From the NCBI GenBank assembly GCA_965140415.1, contig OZ223209.1, positions 3,904,001 through 3,968,000 of the forward strand: 64,000 bases of DNA. The letters run 5' to 3'. This DNA comes from Myxococcota bacterium. GTDB lineage: Bacteria > Myxococcota_A > SURF-8. Within the stretch, counting starts at the first letter, position 1; every line of letters begins with the position of its first letter. Position numbers and translations under genes: made by a program. The notes under the pieces are model-generated. The model did not search any database. It saw nothing but the letters and a program-made list of their open reading frames with translations, and had not been told where the DNA came from. Below are positions 17,592 to 26,700 of this stretch, one piece after another.

Positions 17592-19676
17592 TCAACCATA
17601 GAAAAAGCCATCGTGATCTATAAAAAGAGATAAATCCATCACATTCAATAGGAAAAGCATTCCCGTAACCAGCAAACCGATGGCTCCGATGAACATTAGG
17701 CTGCTGTAAATCTTATAGCGTCGCGTAAGCCCGGTTTCCGTCGCACCGGCGACAACAAACGGTAATCGACCCACTTCCGCTTTCTGAATCACTGCACTTG
17801 GTGTTTCAGCATGAAGCTTTTGTTTTTCTTCTAAAACGGACTCGATTGCCTTCGCTTCCATGGCTGAACGCGCACTTTCCCATTCCTGTTCGTCGATAAC
17901 GCCATTACCATCTGCATCGTACTCGCGCAGCAGTTTTTCATGATCCTGTTTCAGTTCTCGAATCTTTTCCGCCGTACGCTGACTAAGGCTTGATAATTCC
18001 TGTTCGACACGCTGGGCCGATCCCAATACGTAAATCGGAGCGAATTCAGGAATGGTCTCTTCGATAACCTTCTCATCGGGACTGAAATGCACGTTCAACG
18101 AACCGGACAATCCGATATCACCACGATAGGTTTCCGAATGAGAAGGGAGAATACGCGCCCCCAGCGGATTCACCAAAACCTTGCCGGTCTCGTCTTTCAC
18201 TAAAAACGGCGCGGAACCGCTGTTCATGTCGGTTTGCAATACCCATTCCGTCTTGTTGCCGCTGTGCTTTTTCTTATAGCGACGCATCCTGTAATACACA
18301 CAGGCAATGTTGGAAATCGGCGCTTGCAGGTTACAGGCCCGCTCGCAGATTCCCTTGACTTCCACCATCCCCATGGCTAGGGAGCGGATTTTGGATGTAG
18401 GCGTGTTGTCCATCCAACGTTTTAAACTGAGAAAACGAAACGCGCTGTAAAACAGACCGGCGGAAATCAGGAAAAACAACACTCCCCGATTGATTCCGAC
18501 ATTCAGCAACCACATTTGAACTTTGGGGTTGAAATGTGCGGCAACGATCAACGCGAAAACCAGTAACGAAATTGCAATCGGGACCAGCGAAACTTTGAAC
18601 TCTAAACTGATTCCCCCCGCATTCTGTATCGGCTCTGGTGGTGACGGTAAAAAAGAGGCCGCCGTCATCGTATCTTCCGGTTTGTAACTCGGTTCGTCGA
18701 TCCCTTCGGAAGCGATTGCTTGAGAGGACATTCCGGTGTTGACTTGCGCCGCTGTCGCAATTCCTACCACGGCAGCAACCGCTCCACCTGCACCGGAATC
18801 TCCCATTACCGCTTTTTCCGTTTCAGGCGCAGTGGAGGCAGTATTTGTTTGAGTCGTACCCGGCTTGATATCCTGACCTTTGCGCGTCAGGTTTTGGCGA
18901 TACAATTCTCCTAAATAATATCCGTAACGTGATAAGCTATTCAGATTCGATTCCAAACTACCGGCAATATCCCCTTGAGTCAGACGACAACCCGGCATCT
19001 GAAACAATCCGAAATCCATTTCCAACGCGAACCACGATGACAAGCCTTTCACCAGCCGCACCACCCGATCCATATTTTGCCTGGCACTGGGAGTTGCGTG
19101 TTTCCCCAAACCGGTTGCGTTGAATTTTCCAGGTATGAACCGGAACGGTCCAATGGGAGCTTCATCGGATTGGGTAAACGATTCAGGCAGGATATACACA
19201 TCCAGAACCGGATTCGCGCTGAAAATGGTCTTATACTTTTCCTTGGCGTCCAATCCGACCAGTTCATTGGTCCGGTTGGACATGCGACGCATCAGTTTAC
19301 TAAGCAATCGTCCGTCGAAATCGGCCAGAACACCAAACGCCCTGCCCTTTTTCGGAAAAGAAACACGTTCCGATTTGGTTTCGAAAACAAGCGTTTCCCC
19401 CTGCATGGAAACCGCTTTTACCATCTGCGCTTTTGGAATACCCGGACGCGCGGGAACAACAGCCCTTTGGAATCCACCCTGCCCTAGTATTCCAGCCGCC
19501 GTGGAAAGCTCATTCGCTGTACCCTTCGCCAAATATCCCAACCCGGCTCCCATCAACGAAAGACGAGTCTGATAGGCATCCATCGAAGCCTGTTTGACAA
19601 GTTCTTCCACCAATGCAGACAGTTTCTGTGGATCGACAATCTGTTTTCGTACGAACAGGATGTGTTCTTCGCTCAT
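17592..19676 (-). CDS. GIDE-domain membrane protein with EF-hand loop and a long N-terminal extension
   Basis: NTPTSKIRSLAMGMVEVKG (GIDE-like), DADGNGVIDEQEW EF-hand, flanking TMs; ATG at 19676 preferred to TTG at 19757. Confidence 0.75.
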   Translation of the reverse strand: MSEEHILFVRKQIVDPQKLSALVEELVKQASMDAYQTRLSLMGAGLGYLAKGTANELSTAAGILGQGGFQRAVVPARPGIPKAQMVKAVSMQGETLVFETKSERVSFPKKGRAFGVLADFDGRLLSKLMRRMSNRTNELVGLDAKEKYKTIFSANPVLDVYILPESFTQSDEAPIGPFRFIPGKFNATGLGKHATPSARQNMDRVVRLVKGLSSWFALEMDFGLFQMPGCRLTQGDIAGSLESNLNSLSRYGYYLGELYRQNLTRKGQDIKPGTTQTNTASTAPETEKAVMGDSGAGGAVAAVVGIATAAQVNTGMSSQAIASEGIDEPSYKPEDTMTAASFLPSPPEPIQNAGGISLEFKVSLVPIAISLLVFALIVAAHFNPKVQMWLLNVGINRGVLFFLISAGLFYSAFRFLSLKRWMDNTPTSKIRSLAMGMVEVKGICERACNLQAPISNIACVYYRMRRYKKKHSGNKTEWVLQTDMNSGSAPFLVKDETGKVLVNPLGARILPSHSETYRGDIGLSGSLNVHFSPDEKVIEETIPEFAPIYVLGSAQRVEQELSSLSQRTAEKIRELKQDHEKLLREYDADGNGVIDEQEWESARSAMEAKAIESVLEEKQKLHAETPSAVIQKAEVGRLPFVVAGATETGLTRRYKIYSSLMFIGAIGLLVTGMLFLLNVMDLSLFIDHDGFFYG

Positions 19677-19952
19677 CTTTACCCCAATATAAAAACCACT
19701 TGATGGAATTTCCACATTCAGTATATGCATTTTATCCGGTTTTGTCACTTTTCTCAAGTCAAGCTCCAGCCTTCAACCCAATCTAGGCGCATGGCCCATC
19801 AACACCGCCTTTTCCGTCGAACTATAGGGTATCTTTAAAAATTCTCTTGTCGGATGTACTGCGTATTGATACTCTAATGGATATCATTGGATTTTCTCTA
19901 CGCGCCGAAGAAGCATCAAAACGGCAAAACAGGGGTTGGCGGTGAAATCATT

Positions 19953-20546
19953 ATGAAAGTCTATGGTCTGACTGGCGGAATCGCCTCCGGAAAAAGTACG
20001 GTGTCGTATATGTTCGAAGAACTGGGAGCCACCGTTTTAGACGCCGATCAACTGGCGCGCCAGATCGTGGAACCAGGCACAAGAGAATACAATCGTATTA
20101 TCGATGCGTTCGGACGCAAAGTGCTCTTGGAAGACGGTCGCCTGGATCGGCGCAAATTACGACGCATTGTCTTTGCCAACGAAAAAAAGCGTGCGATTCT
20201 AAATGAAATCGTGCATCCCGAAGTCATGCGGCAAAGTTCCAAACGGATGAGCCTTGCAGCAGAATCGGGTGTGCGTGTGCTGATTTACGAGGCGGCGCTG
20301 TTGGTTGAAACGGGAATGTACAAGAACTTCGATGGACTGATCGTCGTAACCTGCGATGTCAAGCAGCAACGCGAGAGATTGATGGCCAGAGATCACGTCA
20401 ACACCAAAGATATCGACAACGCCCTGGCGAGCCAATCCTCTCACGAGGAAAAACTGCTGCTCGCAGACCACGTAATCGATACCAAAGGTACGCACGACGA
20501 AACCCGAAGCCAGGTACAATCCATTTGGCGAACCATTTCAGGATGA
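19953..20546 (+). CDS. coaE: Dephospho-CoA kinase
   Basis: GLTGGIASGKS, DAD, LDR, LNEIVHP; ATG at 19953. Confidence 0.96.
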   Translation: MKVYGLTGGIASGKSTVSYMFEELGATVLDADQLARQIVEPGTREYNRIIDAFGRKVLLEDGRLDRRKLRRIVFANEKKRAILNEIVHPEVMRQSSKRMSLAAESGVRVLIYEAALLVETGMYKNFDGLIVVTCDVKQQRERLMARDHVNTKDIDNALASQSSHEEKLLLADHVIDTKGTHDETRSQVQSIWRTISG

Positions 20547-20557
20547 GCGGAGGTCGT

Positions 20558-21697
20558 ATGGCGAAATCCAAACCGGACCCCAAACAGATCCTGGTGACAG
20601 GCTGTCCATACTTCACCGCAATCAAATTCGTCAAACAAATCGCGAGAACCGAGCGAAGCACGACCCTGCATTTGCTGGTTATGGAAAAATACCTTCCGGC
20701 AACCAAAGCCATTCTGCAAACTCTGCCTAAAAGCGCTCAGAAACGGATTCATTATTACAGCGGAGACACAACCTTTCTGGATCTGGGTCTGGCCGGAGAA
20801 GAAGTGCTTGCGCTAAACGAGAAGATCACACACATTTTCCATCTGGCGCATATCTGGCAATTCGACGTCCCCCATCACATCTGTGAAGAAGTCAACATTC
20901 GCGGTACCCGCAACGTGTTGGCTTTTGCGGGAGAATGTCCGAATCTCCGACACTTGGCTTTCTTTTCCACTCTGTTTGTTTCCGGCAAACGCAAAGGTGT
21001 CATTCGGGAAGATGAATTCTGGCTGGGTCAGGAATTCAAGAATGCCTTTGAAGAAACGCGCTTTGCAGGCGAACGGCTTGCCCGCAAAGCCCTTGAAAAC
21101 GGCATGCCGATTTCGTTTTATCGCATCGGACAAGTCATGGGAGACAGCCAAAGCGGAGAAATCTACCGCTTCGACGGTCCCAATCTTTTCTTAAAAATTC
21201 TTCTAACGACAGACAAGAGCCTGCCGTTTTTCCTGCCCGGACCTTGCGAAGGGGCAAGCAATCTCGTTCCCGTAGACTATGTGGTCAACGCCTGTCTGCA
21301 TATGATCGATAACGACAAAAACATCGGGCGCACGTTCCATATCACCGATCCTTATCCGCATTCGGTTCGCACGGTATTCGAGGCGGTCTGCTCGTATCTG
21401 GGGCGCAAGCAGCCGACATTCGGCATACCGAAACGCTTGTATAAAGCCGTGTTTCTCATCCCCGGCATGGAACGCTTGGCCGGTGCTCCCAAAGAATTAT
21501 TCGACTACTTCAACCACCGTGCCATCCACAACTGTTCCAACACGTTGGCAGCGTTGAAAGGATCGGGAATCACCTGTCCACGCTTCGATTCCTACTTCCC
21601 CATCGTCATCGAATTCGCACGAGATCTGCTGAAAAAACGGGAGGAAAAACGGGAAGAAGAACAGGCCGTGGACCCCTTCGATCACCTGCGCCCTTGA
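20558..21697 (+). CDS. Extended SDR (NAD_binding_4/thioester-reductase-like) with degenerate catalytic motifs
   Basis: IFHLA, VNIRGTRN, GDSQSGE, VPVDYV; TGCPYFTA and FEETR in place of TGxxGxxG and YxxxK. Confidence 0.8.
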   Translation: MAKSKPDPKQILVTGCPYFTAIKFVKQIARTERSTTLHLLVMEKYLPATKAILQTLPKSAQKRIHYYSGDTTFLDLGLAGEEVLALNEKITHIFHLAHIWQFDVPHHICEEVNIRGTRNVLAFAGECPNLRHLAFFSTLFVSGKRKGVIREDEFWLGQEFKNAFEETRFAGERLARKALENGMPISFYRIGQVMGDSQSGEIYRFDGPNLFLKILLTTDKSLPFFLPGPCEGASNLVPVDYVVNACLHMIDNDKNIGRTFHITDPYPHSVRTVFEAVCSYLGRKQPTFGIPKRLYKAVFLIPGMERLAGAPKELFDYFNHRAIHNCSNTLAALKGSGITCPRFDSYFPIVIEFARDLLKKREEKREEEQAVDPFDHLRP

Positions 21698-21779
21698 TGG
21701 GCAATTTTTCTCTCCGATCGATTTGCTATCCTATAGCAGCAATAGAAAACGTAATCGAACCTGTTGATATGCGGTTGGT

Positions 21780-22106
21780 TTATTTGAGGATACTACGTAG
21801 AGCAACTTCCAAATCGGGAAGGTCATTTACAATAATGTTCCAGACTTCGATAAGATCCACCCCCATGTAATCGTGAACCAACACATCTCGAAGCCCGGCT
21901 ATCCTACGCCAAGGAACATTTGCATAATGATCCTTCAACTCTAAGGAAATTTTCTTCGTCGCCTCTCCGATAATCTCGAAGTTTCGGATTACGCCATCTT
22001 GGATCAGTAAACTCGATTCAAAGGCGTCCTTTCCGTCTATCGTATATTCTTTGATCTTGGCGATAGAATCAAGAATGTGGTGCAGGTAAAGAAGGTCGGT
22101 TTTCAT
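21780..22106 (-). CDS. hepT: HepT-like HEPN ribonuclease toxin (DUF86)
   Basis: RNFEIIGEA and RX4HXY (RDVLVHDY). Confidence 0.92.
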   Translation of the reverse strand: MKTDLLYLHHILDSIAKIKEYTIDGKDAFESSLLIQDGVIRNFEIIGEATKKISLELKDHYANVPWRRIAGLRDVLVHDYMGVDLIEVWNIIVNDLPDLEVALRSILK

Positions 22107-22393
22107 AACGGAACAGATTCCCGCAGCACTTGCTCTCGAATGCTTTCGTGGAGAGCGCGTTCGTTTACGACATCGATTTTCCGTCCCAATAGATCTTCCA
22201 AAGCTTGCATGAAGGCGATGCGGTCCAGCAGGCTGCGATCTAGGTCCATTTCTACAAGGATGTCAATATCGCTGTCCGGTCGATCCTCCCCACGCACGGC
22301 AGAACCAAACAGCCGCAAGTTTCTTACACCGTGAGCTTTAGCCAAACGGTTGATATCAGTAATGTATGCTTTGATACGATCGTGGGTTGTCAT
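22103..22393 (-). CDS. mntA: MntA-like minimal nucleotidyltransferase antitoxin
   Basis: FGS-X10-DID motif; ATG at 22393 after GAGGA; 4-nt overlap with hepT. Confidence 0.92.
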   Translation of the reverse strand: MTTHDRIKAYITDINRLAKAHGVRNLRLFGSAVRGEDRPDSDIDILVEMDLDRSLLDRIAFMQALEDLLGRKIDVVNERALHESIREQVLRESVPL

Positions 22394-22445
22394 TTCACAA
22401 TCCTCTTCATCATGATATCTATTATGCCGAGAATAAACGTAAAAA

Positions 22446-23225
22446 TCAAGATTTACAGCTCTTTCGCCCCTTCCCGCAATCGGGACAATCATCGTTTTTA
22501 GCCCGAGACAAATCCAAAATCGAATAGCGCCCGGACCAGATATCGAAACTGAACAATTCTGGATGTCGCTTCGATTCATCTTCCAACAGGATTTTCAATA
22601 CTTCTGTGACTTGCACGGCGCTAGCAAGAGCAACCGCCGTGCTTAAAACGCCGACTTCCAGAACGGAGTTCGGACCGGTTTCTTCCGGAGTCTGGGGAAA
22701 GATACAGCGTAAACAGGGAGTATTTCCGGTAAGGATGGAACAGACGGAGCCGGTGGTTCCCAATATTCCGGCATATACCCAGGGAATACCCAACCGTATG
22801 CATACACGATTGATCACATAATAACGCACCCCAAACGAATCACTTCCATCCAGTACGACATGCGACCCGGAAAGAAACTCCTCGGCGTTATTTTCATTAA
22901 GGAAGATCTCGTGAGATTCGATGTGACAGCTAGAATTGATTTTGCCAAGCCGCTCTGCCAAAGTAGCCGCTTTCGCTCGCTTTTCCTTTGCATCTTCTTC
23001 GGTGAACAGCGTTTGACGAGGTAAATTGGAAAGCGACACACAATCGCCATCCACCAATTGCAGTTCTCCAATTCCCCCTCGACAAAGTCTCTCTGCGCCC
23101 AGCGATCCCAATGCTCCGCAACCGACAATCGTAATCCTCGAACGTGCCAGTTTTTCCTGACCGACTTCTCCAAACTGCTCCAATAGAATATGGCGGCTGT
23201 ATCGCTCTCGATTTTGTGAATCCAT
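22446..23225 (-). CDS. ThiF/MoeB/HesA family adenylyltransferase
   Basis: RYSRH, GCGALG, SNLPRQ, CLRC and CPDC zinc sites. Confidence 0.93.
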   Translation of the reverse strand: MDSQNRERYSRHILLEQFGEVGQEKLARSRITIVGCGALGSLGAERLCRGGIGELQLVDGDCVSLSNLPRQTLFTEEDAKEKRAKAATLAERLGKINSSCHIESHEIFLNENNAEEFLSGSHVVLDGSDSFGVRYYVINRVCIRLGIPWVYAGILGTTGSVCSILTGNTPCLRCIFPQTPEETGPNSVLEVGVLSTAVALASAVQVTEVLKILLEDESKRHPELFSFDIWSGRYSILDLSRAKNDDCPDCGKGRKSCKS

Positions 23226-23393
23226 CGATTCTCCCTCTTTGCTCGTTCGGTAATAGTTTCCAACGGCATTCGCATCGCTGTCAATGGATTTCGTCTATCG
23301 ATCCACTTTCAAGAAAACTCTCTCAAACACACCTGCCTCCCAGAAGTCTAAATTCAAGACCAACTATTTTCTGAATGATTATTCATTAGATAG

Positions 23394-23422
23394 TTGACAA
23401 GAAGCCTTTCCTCGAAAATAAT
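23394..23422 (+). promoter_or_regulatory. Putative sigma70 promoter for the 1298-aa fusion gene
   Basis: TTGACA-17 nt-AATAAT. Confidence 0.45.
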
Positions 23423-23739
23423 GTAGTGCCTTTTCCTAAATTGCTGAAAGTACTATTTCAGCCGGGTGGGATCGCTATTTGGCAGAATGTCAGAGGGATG
23501 CGAATTGGATACGAACAAGGCACGCTTGTATATTTATGCACTTTTGTTCGCATTTTCAAGTAAGGCATTCAATTGAGGGTTACCGGAATCGATGGCAAAT
23601 GGCCAGATGATTCCACGTTTCTTTATTCTTGCCAGTTCTCGAAGCGGCAGGTTTACACTTCGCATAAATGGGAATAAAGAAACCGATTCGCAAAAAATAA
23701 CGAAACGCAACAGCACGAAAGACTGGGAACGAAAGCGGC

Positions 23740-26700
23740 ATGCAGGGACCATTCAAACGAACGATCAACAAAGCGTCCGATCTCCGAGCGCAAAAGCAAT
23801 CGGGTAAGAATTCCGCTCAAAGCACCATAACAGAAGCGCTTCACGAAGCGTTTGTGCAGGCTGGGTTCAAGCCGTTGGATAATCGATTGATGGATGATGG
23901 CGGCAAGGAAGTGCAGAACGAGTGCATTCTGCGCGCCCGTTCGACGAGCGACGTACAACGGATCGTCACTATCGCGCATTCCATGTCTTTCGGTGTGATG
24001 CCGATTGGGTCGCTGACCAGCGCCATTGGCGCTTTCGAAACGCGCTCGGCAGCACGCCTGCATGGCTTGAACGGCTTTGTCGGTATTCAAATCCAACCTT
24101 CCGGACAACTGGAACCGCAAAACGCCCCCCCCTCCGAATTCGAACGCCTGATCCCCAGCGATCCGGATCTGCGCGAAAATATGGAAGTCTTCCGCAGCGT
24201 CAATTCGGAAGCCAGTCACCAGGTGCGCGTATGGGCGGGCCTCACACCGGGGCGTATCAACGAGGCGCTCATCGATTTACTGGGGCCGGGGCATTCCGTT
24301 TACCTGGATCTGACGACATTCAATCAGGCCCAGATCGGAGCCGTTGTGGCCAATGGAAGCGAAGGTCCGGTGCGCGCCAACGCACGCTTCAATCTCGTTT
24401 CCGCCACGCTTGTCGATGGCGCAGGGCAGTTACATCAGTTAACTCATGAACAAGCCAAAGCACAAGTCGGCCAGGGAGGAACGGCGGGAATCCTATCGGA
24501 AATCACGTTGGAAGTGATTTTTGAGGGAAGTAACGAATTCGGGTTCTTCATGCCATTGCCGGGAAGAATCGGTAAAGAATACACCGGCATGGTCAACCAT
24601 CTGCCGCATGTCATGGCGACACTCGATCCTTTCAGCCAGGCGCATTTCATCCAAGATTCGAAAGGGAAAAAACTCGTTGCCAAACGTGGCCCGATTTTAT
24701 TGAAAGGCTTTGAAATCATTACCCGCTCGGAACTGCGCAGCACCTATGGAAGTTTACGCGAAGACAGCGAAGAACGCGGGCGCATCGGAAGCCTTTTGGA
24801 AAACATGCGCGACAGCCACTGCCATGTCGGTCTGATGATCAATTGCACCACGGATATCACCGAAGAAGAGATGCTGACGTACCTGGAAGCGCTTTACGAA
24901 GATCGGCAGGATGCAGACAACCTCTTCTGTGTCATTCGAAACCTGCAACGCGAGCAGGAGGTTTACCAAAGCAAGGAAGGCTTGTACGAAACGGAAGAGG
25001 ACATTGTGTACTTCCGCCCCAGCGAAATCAAAGCGCTAAAACGAATGCGCGAAGCGATCCCGGAAATGACGCGTGCCTCCAAACTTCGGGGCTTCACCAG
25101 TTCTACGGATGTGAACTGTCGTCTGACTTCAGAATCGGAGCAAGAACGCGAGCGCGCCTATAAAGCCATTATGGAAACCTATTGGATGTATATCAACGAC
25201 CTGCGGGATCGTGATTTCCGGGTATACATCTATGGTCATCTTCATCCCGGCGACAGGGAACAGGCAACCGGCGGCGGCATCGACCTGCACGTGCGTGGCT
25301 CCTACTTTCTTGAAGGAGAAGACGAGGATCGCCAGAAGCGCGCGCCGGAAGCCTGGGTGTATCTGAAGGATCGCAAAAAGCAATTACTTAACGAACTCCA
25401 CGGCTTGCACGGTCAATTCGGAATCTGTATCGAGGCCGGAGAAAAACGGATATCCTCCGACTACGCCAGGTGGCTGTCCAATATCGAACCGGAAGCCGCT
25501 GAAGCATTTTATCGCACCAATGAACTCTATGGCGCACCAACCTTGGCCGCGCGCAGTCCGATCAAGCTACACGCTCATCCGCCACGAATCAAAGAAGGCA
25601 TCCTGAATCTCTTTGCACCGGACCCGAATATCGACGAACGGGCTTCTCTACTTATTCGCCTGCAACAATCGATCCTGTTGTGGTGCCAGCATTCTCATCG
25701 CAGTCCGGAATCGGCCAGGGTGATTGCGGAAACTCATGGCCTGCTTCGAGATTGGCTGGCGCTCGATTCCGAGGCACGGATATTCTTTACCGAATCGCCG
25801 GAAAAGGCCCTGCATACCTCGTTGATGGGCCTGGTCAATTTCCGCAAGGATGGAACTTTCGTCGATTTGAGAACGCAACGCTGGGAAGAGCTAACGTATG
25901 AAACGAAACAGCATTGCCAGGTTGTAATCTGCGATTCACCAGCCCAACTGGTCAATCCCGATTTTAAAGACTGTCACACGATTCTGATTTCCGAAAATGC
26001 CGAACCGATCTGCAAAGCGGATCTCGACCGGGCTAGCATCGCGATTTTATCCGCTCAGGCAATTGGCGCTGGCGCGGAGTTGGGAATCATTGTTACATCC
26101 CGAAACGTAATTCAACATGCCCGCATGATTGCGCTACGCAACAATCCGGGCTATGCCCATGCCCTTGTCGAGTTGGACGATCGCCCGCATGAAACGATCG
26201 AAACGCCACGTCTGCCCGTGATCGCCGAACTGGGCTGCCTGCTCGCTGAAAAGCTGGGACAATCCTGCAACTTGTCTCATGAACAAGCGACAGAAATGCT
26301 GGAATGGCAGAACAAGCTGATCACGTTTAATCCCGGTCCCAGCCAGATCAACAGGAAAATCGTTGAGAAAGCCGTCGCTCTGCATAAGCAAACTTTATTG
26401 TTGCACAGCGATACAGAGGCGCGCATCAAAGCCATTGCCGGAGTAGAGCGGCAACTGCGCGACTACTTTAGCATACCGAACAATCATCACATTTTCTTTA
26501 CCGGATCGGCGACGCAGGCCATGGAACAGATCGTTGAAAGCCTGCCGCTCGACTACGCCGTGGTCGGTGTCAAAGGCGCTTTCGGAGAACGCATGGCGAC
26601 TGTCGCCCGGCGCTACGGGCAAGGCATCATGAAGTCCGTTCACTTGCGCTGGGGCGAAGGAGAAAACAGCCAGGTCAAGTCCATTGCGTCTGAAATGTTC

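Noticed and set aside
17592-19676. GIDE protein as a true E3 ubiquitin ligase
   Set aside because: No RING or other Cys/His ligase motif. The family name derives from eukaryotic members.
22394-22579. N-terminal extension of the MntA ORF overlapping thiF (possible fusion or frameshift)
   Set aside because: ATG at 22393 has its own RBS and gives a typical 96-aa MNT. The extension is an ORF-caller artefact.
21780-23225. ThiF + nucleotidyltransferase + HEPN as a CBASS or ubiquitin-like defence system
   Set aside because: The NTase is a minimal MNT rather than a CD-NTase, ThiF looks like ordinary MoeB/ThiF, and there is no E2, JAB or Ubl gene.
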